The position numbers and the translations under genes are program-made. Shown here in pieces: positions 25,285-38,498 of a stretch of DNA of 64,000 nucleotides. The notes under the pieces are model-generated. The model made no database searches, was not told where the DNA came from, and saw only the letters and a program-made list of their open reading frames with translations. This stretch comes from Myxococcales bacterium. GTDB lineage: Bacteria > Myxococcota_A > Polyangia > Polyangiales > Houyiibacteriaceae. Position 1 is the stretch's first letter; every line of letters begins with the position of its first letter. The DNA lies in NCBI GenBank assembly GCA_020430775.1, contig JAGQJE010000206.1:1837-65836 (forward strand), in the 5' to 3' direction.

Positions 25285-28200
25285 ATGAGCCAAGTGCGCG
25301 AGGCTCGTGACTACGACGCTGCCGTCGCGCTGGCGGAGGAGCTGCTCGCGGGCGAGCAGCCGGCCGCGGCGCTCGACATGCTCGGCCTCGCGCTCGAGCA
25401 GCGCGAGGGCGATCCTCACGCGCTGCGGCTGGTGGGTCGCGCGTTCTTGCAGACCGGCGAGCTGCTCCGCGCGCAAAAGGCGTTCTTGCAGGCGGCGCGC
25501 GCCGAGCCGGACGACCCCTGGTGCTACGCGGGGCTCGCGGAGGTCTTGCTCCGGCGCGGCGATCCGGCCCGCGCGCTTCGAGTGATCGAGCGGGGCGCGC
25601 GCGCGGGATCGGCCGACCCCGTGTTCGAGGCGCTCACGGAGCGGGCCCGCCGCGCCCTCGGGCACCACCGCTCGGAGCCCGCGGCGAGCGCGTCGGTGGA
25701 CGAGCCGGCGCAGGGCGCGAGCGCCGCGGTCGACGGCGCGGACGCACCGGAGGCGCCGGCGGCGGCTCCGAAAGCCACGTCCACGTCGGAGCGTGGGCCT
25801 GCCCCGTCCGCGCCGGAGCCCGAGACAATACCGGCGCCGCCGCGTGCGTCGATGCCGTCCGCGAGCCCGCCCACCGAGCGACCCTACCTCGTCGAGGTGA
25901 AGCCCGACCCCGCGTCGGCGCCGGCCTTCCACGACGACGACGACGAGCCGACGCGCATCTACCGCTCGGAGCCCGACGACATCGAGGTGTTCGCGTCCGA
26001 GGAGGGCAGCGAGCCACAGCCGCTCCCGGTCGGCGAGCGGGTCTCCAATGTGCGGACGGAGCCGGGCCTCGGCGACGACGCTCCGCCTCCGCGCGCCGGG
26101 GGCGTGGCGGCCGCGCAGCCGTCGTCGCGACCGGGGCCCGAGCCCGCGTCGTCGCCGCCAGCGCCCGAGCCCGACGCGGCGAGCCGCGAGCGCCTTCGTG
26201 ATTTCACGCCCATCACCGGCACGGCCGCGGCGCGATCGACCAGCGCGCTCGACGACGAGGACGCGCTCGCCGGGGCTCGCGTCCGGTCACGGCCCTCGCG
26301 CGGTCGGTTGCTCTGGCTGGTCGCGGCCCTCGTCGTCGCGGCCGGCGTCGCGGCGTACTTCTATTACGAGGCCAACCGCGCCCGACAACGAAAGGCCGAG
26401 GCCGCCCAGCGCATCGAGCAGGCCTCCGCCGCGCTGCGCATCGGCGACGCCACCGCGCTGTCGCAAGCGCTCGACCTGGTCGAGCAGGCCCGCGCGCAGG
26501 ACCCGAGCGTGCCCGGCGCCACGCGCGTCGAGCTGCTGGCGGCGGTCGAGCGCGCGCTCACCCACGGCGCGTTTGATTCGGTCCCGCTCGACAAGGCGCT
26601 CAGCGCGCTCGCTGAAGCAAAGGTGGACGCTCCCGTCCGAAGCGCCGCGCAGACGGTCGCCGCCCTGCTGCGCGGAAACCTCGCGGACGCGCGGGCCGCG
26701 GCGGGCGCCGTGACCCAGAACGACCCCCCGCTCCTGCGCTACATCGACGGAGCCGTCCAGTACTACCTCGGGATGGACGGCGCCGACGCGATGCTCGCTT
26801 CCGCCGCCTCCGATGGCGTGGTCCAGGCCGGGCTGCTGCGGGCGCGCGTCCACGTCCTGCGCCATGATCTCGCCGCGGCCGATCACGACGTCGACGAGGC
26901 GATGGCGCTCGCGCCCCGCGCGCTCGATCCGCGGCTCATGCGGGCGTACCTCGACGCGGGCGGCGGCCGGACGCTCGAGCGCTCCGAGGCGGCCAAAGCC
27001 GCCGCGGAGGCGGCGGTGGGTCGCATCGAACACCTCGACCACCGGCTCGAGGCGAGCAGCCCCGCGGCGCACGTACTCGCCTCCCTGGTGCGCGCGCGGG
27101 CCGCCGCGCTCGCCGGCGACACCTCCGGCGCGAAGGCGCAACTGCAGGCGGCCAAGGAGACCCCGGTCGGCGCGCCGGACCTGCTCACGCTGATCGGCCT
27201 CGACGCGGTCGACCTCGGCGCCCCCGCGCTCGCGCGCGACGTGACCTCGGTAGCCGTCGCGCGGCTGCCGGACCACGCGAGCTACCGCTGGGTCTTGGCG
27301 CGCGCGATGGTGGGTGAGGGAGACGCCCGCGGAGCGCTCGACATGCTCGCCGCGCTGCCCCTCGAGCCCGAGACCCTCGAGCTGCGGGCTCGGATCGTCA
27401 TCGAGACAGGCGACGTGGCGGCGGTCGCGAAGACGGCCGATGTGCTCGACGACTACACCACCGCTCACAAGGACGCCCCGGCCGAGCTCCGCGCGCTCGG
27501 CCTGCGGCTCGACCTCAGGCGGGGCGCGAGCGCGGAGGCCCTGCTGCCCGCGGCGCGCGCGATGGCGGCCGAGCCCGGCGCGCCCGCCGACGTGACCCTC
27601 GCGTTCGCAGAGGTGCAGCTCCGGGCGGGGCACGCGGACGCGGCGCTCGAAGCGCTCCGGGGTCGGCCCCGGTTGCTCGACACGAACGCGGCCGCTGCGC
27701 TGATCGCGGGCGAGGCGTACCGCGCCAAGGGCGACGGCGCGAAGGCGGCCGAGGCGTTCGAGCGTGCGCTTCGGCTCGCGCCGAGCGACGAACGCCCCGC
27801 GCGGCATCTTGGGCGGATCCTCCTCGATGAGGGTCATTACGAGGCGGCGGAGCAGGCGTACGCCGCCGCGCTCGAGCGTCACCCCAAGGCGACGTTTGCG
27901 ATGCTCGGCCGGGTCGAAGCGCTGACCGGCCTCGGCAAGCTCGACCAGGCCGAGGCGCTGCTCGGCTCGCTGAGCGACGACGCGCGCAACTCCGCGGAGG
28001 GAGCCGTCGCGCAGGCGCTGATCGACCTCGCGCGGAACGACCCGGCTCAGGCGGCCGCGACGTTAGAGCCGGTCGTGTCCGGCGATCAGCCGACCGCGCG
28101 CGCCTTCGTGGTCTACGGCGACGCGCAGCTCCGAGCCGGGCGAGTGGCGAAGGCGAGCGCAGCGTATCGCGGAGCGCTGTCGCTCGAGCCGGACGACCCT

Positions 28201-28557
28201 GGGGCGCTGGTCGGTGAGGCCGCCGTGCTGCTCGCGCGGCATCAGGCGGGTCCCGCCATGACCGCCGCCGATCGCGCGCTCGGCGTGGTGGAGACGGCGA
28301 TCCGGCCACCAAGCCTCGACGCGCGGCTGTGGCTGGTACGCGGCCGGGCGCAGCTCGAGTCCGGCTTCCTGCCGGAGGCGAGGGTGTCGCTCGACAAGGC
28401 CGCGAACGCACCGGACGCTCCCGCGGAGGCCTGGTTCTACCTTGGCGACGCGCTCTCGGGGGTCGAGCCACAGGCGTCGAAGGCGGCCTACCAAAAGTAC
28501 CTGTCGCTCGCGCCGCGAGGTCCGATGGCGGCGAGGGCGCGCCGGGCGGCGCGCTAG
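25285..28557 (+). CDS. Large TPR-repeat membrane-anchored protein
   Basis: N-terminal TPR-like helices, a ~200-aa Pro/Ala/Ser-rich linker, a single TM (LLWLVAALVVAAGVAAYFYY), then ~700 aa of TPR-like repeats. Start ATG 25285 is preferred over GTG 25219, because the intervening codons have poor G/C third positions. Confidence 0.78.
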   Translation: MSQVREARDYDAAVALAEELLAGEQPAAALDMLGLALEQREGDPHALRLVGRAFLQTGELLRAQKAFLQAARAEPDDPWCYAGLAEVLLRRGDPARALRVIERGARAGSADPVFEALTERARRALGHHRSEPAASASVDEPAQGASAAVDGADAPEAPAAAPKATSTSERGPAPSAPEPETIPAPPRASMPSASPPTERPYLVEVKPDPASAPAFHDDDDEPTRIYRSEPDDIEVFASEEGSEPQPLPVGERVSNVRTEPGLGDDAPPPRAGGVAAAQPSSRPGPEPASSPPAPEPDAASRERLRDFTPITGTAAARSTSALDDEDALAGARVRSRPSRGRLLWLVAALVVAAGVAAYFYYEANRARQRKAEAAQRIEQASAALRIGDATALSQALDLVEQARAQDPSVPGATRVELLAAVERALTHGAFDSVPLDKALSALAEAKVDAPVRSAAQTVAALLRGNLADARAAAGAVTQNDPPLLRYIDGAVQYYLGMDGADAMLASAASDGVVQAGLLRARVHVLRHDLAAADHDVDEAMALAPRALDPRLMRAYLDAGGGRTLERSEAAKAAAEAAVGRIEHLDHRLEASSPAAHVLASLVRARAAALAGDTSGAKAQLQAAKETPVGAPDLLTLIGLDAVDLGAPALARDVTSVAVARLPDHASYRWVLARAMVGEGDARGALDMLAALPLEPETLELRARIVIETGDVAAVAKTADVLDDYTTAHKDAPAELRALGLRLDLRRGASAEALLPAARAMAAEPGAPADVTLAFAEVQLRAGHADAALEALRGRPRLLDTNAAAALIAGEAYRAKGDGAKAAEAFERALRLAPSDERPARHLGRILLDEGHYEAAEQAYAAALERHPKATFAMLGRVEALTGLGKLDQAEALLGSLSDDARNSAEGAVAQALIDLARNDPAQAAATLEPVVSGDQPTARAFVVYGDAQLRAGRVAKASAAYRGALSLEPDDPGALVGEAAVLLARHQAGPAMTAADRALGVVETAIRPPSLDARLWLVRGRAQLESGFLPEARVSLDKAANAPDAPAEAWFYLGDALSGVEPQASKAAYQKYLSLAPRGPMAARARRAAR

Positions 28558-28558
28558 G

Positions 28559-30415
28559 ATGGCCGCCGAGCCGACGGACGCGCTCGAGGCGGACCGCTCG
28601 ACGGTCGACGCGCTCGAGCGCGGCCTCGCGCGCGCGGCCGACCTCCGGACGCGCTTGATGGCGGACGAGCTGCTCGGCTCGGGCGCGCTCGCCGACGAGC
28701 TTCGCCGGGCGATCGAGTCCTCGGCCATGGCGCGGCCGGTCTCTTCGCGCGACCGCCGCGGGGACGCATCGGAGCGCGCCGCCTCGCTCGGCGTGGTGTT
28801 GGCCGCGGCGGCGCTGCTCGGGTGTGCGCAGGGCGCGGTCGACCAGGCAATCCACGCGCGCGTCCTTCACGCCTCGGACGCGATGCGCGGGGGCCCGTCT
28901 CAGGTCGCCGCGTTTGCGCTCGCGGACGCCGTGGCGGCGGTCGAGGGGGCACGCGCGCTCGTCGTCGAGGCGTCGCGACGCTGGCAGGATCTCCGCCGGG
29001 CGGACAGCCTCGCGAACCTCGCAGCGCACAGAGGCGCGGTCCACGCGGTGAGGGTCGCGCAGGGCGCGCGCGACGCGACGCTCGCGCTCGCGGAGGGGGC
29101 AGGGGGTGGGGACGCCGCCGCGCCCGACCGCGACCTCGACGCGGCGGCGGCGGTGCTGTCGGGGTGGCCCATCCCGGAGGACGACCTGACCATCGCGCTC
29201 GCCGAGACCGAGCTGCGGAGACTGGCGCGGCTCCGCGACGAGGATGGCGGCCTCGACGCCTCGCACCTCGCCGCGATCCCCGGCGCGTGGCGCGCCCGCC
29301 CCGAGGCCGTGCGTCGCCGCGCCGCCGCCATCACGAACGAGGTGCTCGCGCCGCAGGCGGCTAGCTTCGACCGCGACGAGGCCGTCTCCCCCGACGTCTA
29401 CTCGCGGCTCGGCGCCGAGGGGCTGATGGGCGTCTGCTTGCCCGCCGCCCTCGGCGGGTCGGGCGAGAGCACCGTCGCCTACAGCCTCGCGATGACCGAG
29501 ATCGCCCGCGGGTGCGCGTCGACGGCAGTGTCGATGGCCGTGACGAACATGGTCGGCAAGGTGTTGCTCGCCTTCGGCACGGAGACGCAGCGGGCGCGCT
29601 ACGCGCACGTGCTCTGCGACGGAGGGCTCGGCGCGTTCGCGCTGAGCGAGGCCGGCGCTGGGAGCGACCCCTCGGCGATGAGCACCCGCGCGCGGCGCCA
29701 CGGCGACCGCTGGGTGCTCGACGGGGCGAAGCAGTGGATCAGCCACGGCGATCAGGCGGCCGTCCTGGTCGTCTGGGCGCGCGTCGACGGCCCGGGCGAT
29801 CCTCGCCCGCGGCTGACCTGCTTCCTCGTGCCGCAAGGGGCCGCGGGCCTGTCGGTGACGCGACTCGAGGACAAGCTCGGCTTGCGCGCGTCCCACACGG
29901 CCGCGCTCGCGCTCGACGGCGTACACGTCGGCGACGACGCGCGCCTCGGCGAGGTAGGAGACGGCTTTCGGATCGCCCTCGCCGCGCTCGACGGCGGCCG
30001 CATCGGCATCGCGTCGCAGGCGCTCGGGCTCGCGATCGGCGCGTACGGGTGCGCGGTCCGCGAGGTGCCGCTCGGGACGCTCCGGCGCGGCGAGGGAGCA
30101 GCCTTCGTCTCGGATGCGGTCGTCGCGCTCCGTGCGGCGCGGCTGCTCACGCTGCGAGCGGCGGGGCTCGAGGACGCGGAGCGCGCGTTCTCACGCGAGG
30201 CGGCGCTCGCGAAGCTGGTCGCGTCCGAGTCGGCCTGGGCGCTCACCTTGCGGGCGGCGCGTCTGCTCGGGGTCGACGGCCTAGTGCGCGGGCGCGAGCT
30301 CGAGCGGCGCCTGCGCGACGTGCGAGTCACCCGCATCTACGAGGGCACCAGCGAGGTGCAGCGGATGGTCATCGCGCGCGATCTCCTCCGCGGCGCAGAA
30401 GCAGACGGAGGCTGA
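28559..30415 (+). CDS. Acyl-CoA dehydrogenase with an ~260-aa N-terminal extension resembling a degenerate ACAD C-terminal helical domain
   Basis: The C-terminal ~360 aa is a complete ACAD (AFALSEAGAGSDP, WISHGD, IYEGTSEVQRMVIARDLL). ATG 28559 lies 1 nt after the upstream stop. The N-terminal part contains AASLGVVLAAAALLGCAQGAVDQAI...FALADAVAAVEGARALV. Confidence 0.82.
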   Translation: MAAEPTDALEADRSTVDALERGLARAADLRTRLMADELLGSGALADELRRAIESSAMARPVSSRDRRGDASERAASLGVVLAAAALLGCAQGAVDQAIHARVLHASDAMRGGPSQVAAFALADAVAAVEGARALVVEASRRWQDLRRADSLANLAAHRGAVHAVRVAQGARDATLALAEGAGGGDAAAPDRDLDAAAAVLSGWPIPEDDLTIALAETELRRLARLRDEDGGLDASHLAAIPGAWRARPEAVRRRAAAITNEVLAPQAASFDRDEAVSPDVYSRLGAEGLMGVCLPAALGGSGESTVAYSLAMTEIARGCASTAVSMAVTNMVGKVLLAFGTETQRARYAHVLCDGGLGAFALSEAGAGSDPSAMSTRARRHGDRWVLDGAKQWISHGDQAAVLVVWARVDGPGDPRPRLTCFLVPQGAAGLSVTRLEDKLGLRASHTAALALDGVHVGDDARLGEVGDGFRIALAALDGGRIGIASQALGLAIGAYGCAVREVPLGTLRRGEGAAFVSDAVVALRAARLLTLRAAGLEDAERAFSREAALAKLVASESAWALTLRAARLLGVDGLVRGRELERRLRDVRVTRIYEGTSEVQRMVIARDLLRGAEADGG

Positions 30416-30446
30416 ACGCGTGCCGCAGCACCGCGGGCACGAGCAC

Positions 30447-30608
30447 GGGTGCGGGGTCGGGCGCGGACTCGGACTCGGGAACGGGAACGGGAACGGACTC
30501 GGACTCGGACTCGGACTCGGACTCGGGAACGGGAACGGGAACGGGATCGGGCACGGACTCGGGTGCGGACTCGGACTCGGGTGCGGACTCGGGTGCGGAC
30601 TCGGGCGC
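30447..30608. repeat. Tandem hexanucleotide array, 27 units of GGNNNC (blocks of GGACTC and GGGAAC, plus GGGTGC/GGGCGC variants)
   Basis: Counted unit by unit, from GGGTGC at 30447 to GGGCGC at 30603-30608. There are no stop codons in any of the six frames. Five consecutive GGG runs with 3-nt loops lie at 30525-30551. Confidence 0.95.
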
Positions 30609-30669
30609 GGATGTGTGGCGTGTTTTCGGGGGAGTGCGTCTGGCGAAAAGGCTGGTAGATTCGCGGGCC

Positions 30670-30990
30670 ATGGGAAAGCGCGCAGCAAGCGAGCGACGCG
30701 CGGCGAGGCTCGCCGAACGTGAAGCGAAAAAGCAGGCCAAGATCGAGGCGGACGCGCTCGCGCAGCGCGCCCGGGGGCGGCGGCGCGCCGTGCTCGCGGC
30801 GACCGCGGTCGTGACGGTCGTCGCGGCCGCCGTGTGCTACTGGGGCCTCGAAGATCCGCGGGCGACCGGGGTCGCGCTCTTCTGCGGCGCGCTCGTGATC
30901 CTGCTCGTCGGCCTCAGCGCCATCGGCGGCGACGTGCAGCCGCGCGATCGCCGCAGCGCCGCGGCGCTCAACTACGGCAAGAAGAAGTGA
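30670..30990 (+). CDS. Small membrane protein (106 aa; basic coiled N-terminus plus two predicted TM helices)
   Basis: MGKRAASERRAARLAEREAKKQAKIEADALAQ..., then AVLAATAVVTVVAAAVCYW and GVALFCGALVILLVGLSAI. No family recognised. The frame is open far upstream, but ATG 30670 is the first canonical start after the repeat. Confidence 0.55.
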   Translation: MGKRAASERRAARLAEREAKKQAKIEADALAQRARGRRRAVLAATAVVTVVAAAVCYWGLEDPRATGVALFCGALVILLVGLSAIGGDVQPRDRRSAAALNYGKKK

Positions 30991-30994
30991 GCCG

Positions 30995-32551
<1,557 letters not shown>

Positions 32552-32588
32552 TCAGTCGACTCGGAGCGCCACTCCGGAGGAGCAGAGG

Positions 32589-33800
<1,212 letters not shown>

Positions 33801-33883
33801 AACGCATTCGTGCCGACTCCCTTTGTCAGCCGAGCTCGACGCACCGCCATGGGGCACGTGGATCACGCATGGGACGACAAGAT

Positions 33884-36051
33884 ATGACTGAACAATCCGC
33901 CATCCGTTGGGACCAGGACGCAGACGGCGTGGTCACGCTCACGCTCGACGACCCGACGCAGTCTGCCAACACGATGAACGCGCTCTACCAGGCGTCGATG
34001 GAGCACGTGGTCGAGCGCCTCCGGGCCGAGGTCGACGGCGTCAAGGGCGTCCTCATCACGTCCGCGAAGAAGTCGTTCTTCGCCGGCGGCGACCTGCGGC
34101 TGCTCTCGAAGGCGACGCGGGACGACGCGCCCGAGGTCTTCGCGAACGTGCGCGCGCTAAACGCGCAGCTCCGCGCGCTCGAGACGCTCGGCAGGCCGGT
34201 GGTCGCCGCGATCAACGGGACGGCGCTCGGCGGCGGCCTCGAGATCGCGCTCGCGTGCCACCACCGCGTCGTCATCGACGACCCGCGCACGCGCCTCGGC
34301 CTGCCGGAGGTGACGCTCGGTTTGCTCCCCGGCGGCGGCGGCATCGTCCGGACCGTGCGCATGCTCGGCATCCAGAAGGCCGTCACCGAGGTGTTGATAC
34401 AAGGGCAGCGGATGAAGCCTGCCAAGGCGCTCGCGCTCGGGCTCGTCGACGAGCTCGCGAGCGACCGCGACGCGATGCTCGAGAAGGCGCGCGCGTGGAT
34501 CGACGCAAACCCGAGCCCGAAGCAGCCCTGGGACGACAAGGGCTACCGGGTGCCGGGCGGCACGCCGAAGCAGCCGGCGTTCGCCGCGAACCTCCCCGCG
34601 TTCCCGGCGAACCTCAAAAAGCAGCTCAAGGGCGCCCCGTACCCCGCGCCGCGCGCGATCCTCGCCGCCGCGGTCGAGGGCGCCGCCGAGGACTTCGACA
34701 CGGCGTCCAAGATCGAGTCCCGCTACTTCGTCGAGCTGGTCGTCGGCGAGGTCTCGAAGAACATGACCAAGGCGTTCTTCTTCGACCTCCAGAAGATCGA
34801 GTCCGGCGCGAGCCGCCCGGACGGGTTCGAGCGCCGCGTGCCGACGCGCGTCGGCGTGCTCGGCGCGGGCATGATGGGGCAGGGCATCGCCTACGTGAGC
34901 GCCATGGCGGGCGTCGAGGTCGCGCTCAAGGACGTGAGCGTCGAGGCGGCCGAGCGCGGCAAGGCCTACACCGATAAGCTCTTGCGTAAGCGTGTGAGCA
35001 AGGGCGCGATGAGCGAGGCGGACGCGGCGGCCGTCCTCGCGCGCATCCACCCGACCGCCGAGGCGAGCGGGCTCGACGGCTGCGACATGATCATCGAGGC
35101 GGTCTTCGAGGACCGCGCGCTCAAGGCGAAGGTGACCGAGGAGGCCGAAGCGCACGCGACCCCTGACGCGCTCGTCTGCTCGAACACGTCGACGCTGCCG
35201 ATCACCGGCCTCGCCAAGGCGTCGAAGCACCCCGAGCGCTTCATCGGGCTGCACTTCTTCTCGCCGGTCGACAAGATGCCGCTCGTCGAGATCATCGTCG
35301 GCGAGCGCACCTCGGACGAGACGCTCGCGCGCGCGTTCGACTACGTGCGCGCCATCAAGAAGACGCCCATCGTCGTCAACGACAGCCGCGGCTTCTTCAC
35401 GTCGCGCGTGTTCGGGACGTACGCGATGGAGGGCGTCGCGATGCTCGGCGAGGGGCTAAACCCCGCGTCGATCGAGCAGGCCGCGACGCAGAACGGGATG
35501 CCCGTCGGGCCGCTCGCCGTCACCGACGAGGTCTCGCTCGAGCTGACGCGCCACGTCCGCGAGCAGACCAAGCGCGACCTCGAGGCAGAGGGAAAGCGCT
35601 ACACGCCGCACCCCGCCGACGCGGTGATCGACCGCATGTGCGACGACTTCGGCCGCACGGGGCGCGCAGCGGGCGCGGGCTTCTACGACTACCCCGAGGG
35701 CGGCAAGAAGCACCTCTGGGCGGGGCTGCGTGAGCACTTCGGCGACGCCGAGTCGGACGCGCGCGCTGAGGCGAGCTTCGGCGAGATGAGAGACCGCCTG
35801 CTCTACGTACAGAGCCTCGAGACCATCCGCTGCCTCGAAGAGGGGGTGTTACGCTCGGTCGCAGACGCGAACATCGGGTCGATCTTCGGCATCGGGGCGC
35901 CCCCGTGGACCGGCGGGCTCTTGCAGTACGTAAACTACGTCGGGCTCCGGGCCTTCGCCGAGCGGGCGCGTGAGCTCGCGGCGAAACACGGCGCGCGCTT
36001 CGAGCCGCCGCAGCTCTTGATCGACAAGGCCGAGCGCGGGGAGACGTTCGA

Positions 36052-36055
<4 letters not shown>
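33884..36055 (+). CDS. fadB: Multifunctional fatty-acid oxidation protein (enoyl-CoA hydratase / 3-hydroxyacyl-CoA dehydrogenase, FadB/FadJ-like)
   Basis: N-terminal crotonase fold ([26 protein letters not shown]), NAD-binding [14 protein letters not shown], and 3HCDH C-terminal domains. Start is ATG 33884 or 33869. Confidence 0.92.
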
Positions 36056-37197
<1,142 letters not shown>

Positions 37198-37216
37198 TGC
37201 CCTCGCCTTCGGCTCG

Positions 37217-37242
37217 GGGAGAGGGCCACGCGGCCCTCTCCC
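37217..37242. terminator. Perfect 11-bp GC-rich hairpin 20 nt after the acyl-CoA dehydrogenase stop (candidate terminator or REP-like element)
   Basis: GGGAGAGGGCC (37217-37227), ACGC loop, GGCCCTCTCCC (37232-37242). No U-tract on either strand. A related CCCTCTCCC copy lies about 60 nt downstream. Confidence 0.35.
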
Positions 37243-37590
37243 AAACTTCACTTCGCCGCGCCTGAGTCGCGTCGAAGCAAACTTTGGCTCCCTCTCCCGC
37301 GAGGGTCGGCACCGGAGCGGAGCCTCCCGCATCGGCCTGGGCGTCGTGGTCGTACGCCGTTGGTTGCACTCTTGCGGCGGCAAGGCTGAACCCAACGGCG
37401 GCGTGCCCTGGGACGCTCGTTGAGACGGTGGCCGGCGTGTCGGCGTCCGCCCCAGGGCCCGCCGCCGCGCGCAGGCCCGAAGCTCGCATCGCTTGAAAGG
37501 TCGCGGTGGGCGCATTCGGGCCCGCGTCGGCCGCGCGCGCCGGGTGGGGACCCGGGGCGGGTGCGGCGGTCGGGGCAGCGGGGTGGGGGG

Positions 37591-37791
37591 TTACTCGAGG
37601 ATGAAGGTGACCTTGAGGATGACGCGGTATTCGGTGATGGCGTTGTTCTCGACGACGACTTTTTGGTCCTGCACCCAGGCGCCGGAGACATTCTTGAGGG
37701 TCTTGCAGGCGCGGTCGACGCCCTGGTTGATGGCGTCGTCGAAGCCCTTGGTGGACGAGGCGATGATCTCGGTGACGCGTGCGACAGACAT
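37591..37791 (-). CDS. Dodecin-family flavin-binding protein
   Basis: 66 aa, MSVARVTEIIASSTKGFDDAINQGVDRACKTLKNVSGAWVQDQKVVVENNAITEYRVILKVTFILE. It matches the dodecin pattern (V.EI.G.S....DA......A.KTL+N....V.....V..N.I..Y+V.LKV.F.LE). Start re-set to ATG 37791. Confidence 0.82.
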   Translation of the reverse strand: MSVARVTEIIASSTKGFDDAINQGVDRACKTLKNVSGAWVQDQKVVVENNAITEYRVILKVTFILE

Positions 37792-37973
37792 GGCTGCGCT
37801 CCTTTGGTGTGGGGTGAGCGACCGCGGCTGCGGCCGGCGGGCGACGCCCGTCATGTAGGCCGGCACCGTACAAACCCGCAGCCCGACCTACAACCGCGGT
37901 GATCGAGGGCTCACGGTCGGCCTCGCGCGGGTGCGGGGTTGCGGATCGGCCGGTGCGCGGAAGAATCGGGGCG

Positions 37974-38495
37974 ATGGACGACGAGGTGCATGCAGAGCGG
38001 CTCGACGCCGCAGAGGAAGGCATCGAGCTGCTGCGCGACGGCGAGACGGAGCGGGCGATCGCGGCGCTCGGCAGGCTCGCGGTCGCGCAGGCCGACAACG
38101 AGTACGCGCACTTCTTTCTCGGCAACGCGCACTACGCCGCGGAGTCGTTCGAGCGCGCGCTCGCGTGCTACGTGCGGGCGCTCGAGCTGGCCCCGCGCTA
38201 CCTTGGCGCGCGGGTCGGGGCAGGGCACGCGCTGCGGATGCTCGGCGACCATGAGCGCGCGCTGCGGATGGGCAAGGAGGCGCTCGCGCTCGCGAAGGAC
38301 GATCCGGACGCGCTCTATCTCGTCGGCGTCGTGCTCTTCCAGCGTGGCGATAACGCCGCGGCGCGCGCGTTTCTGAAGCGGTTCCTCGAGACCGGCCCCG
38401 AGCTCGAGGTGGCGCTCGAGGTCGAGGGTATGCTTCAGGTGATCCGGGGCGAGATAGCGCCGGCGCACGGCGGCGAAGAGGACGATGCGGAGTAG
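37974..38495 (+). CDS. Small TPR-repeat protein, first gene of the mutase operon
   Basis: 173 aa with 3-4 TPR-like helix pairs (AHFFLGNAHYAAESFERALACYVRALELAP...). Its stop is 3 nt before the mutase ATG. Confidence 0.7.
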   Translation: MDDEVHAERLDAAEEGIELLRDGETERAIAALGRLAVAQADNEYAHFFLGNAHYAAESFERALACYVRALELAPRYLGARVGAGHALRMLGDHERALRMGKEALALAKDDPDALYLVGVVLFQRGDNAAARAFLKRFLETGPELEVALEVEGMLQVIRGEIAPAHGGEEDDAE

Positions 38496-38498
38496 CGG

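Noticed and set aside
30447-30608. Could the repeat array be a CRISPR array?
   Set aside because: The units are 6 nt and contiguous with no spacers, there is no leader, and there are no cas genes in the window.
30420-30722. GTG-initiated 100-aa Gly-rich ORF (GLGLGNGNG...GCGLGLGCGLGCGLGRGC) across the hexamer array, as a possible microcin/RiPP-like precursor
   Set aside because: The peptide is just one of six stop-free readings of the repeat. It has no leader-like region and no adjacent modification, immunity or export genes. It overlaps the start of the downstream membrane-protein gene and uses rare GGA codons. It is kept only as an alternative under the repeat finding.
38496-38498. A cobalamin riboswitch upstream of the B12-dependent mutase
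   Set aside because: The mutase start is 3 nt after the preceding TPR gene's stop. I saw no B12-box-like sequence in the 180-bp region upstream of the TPR gene either.
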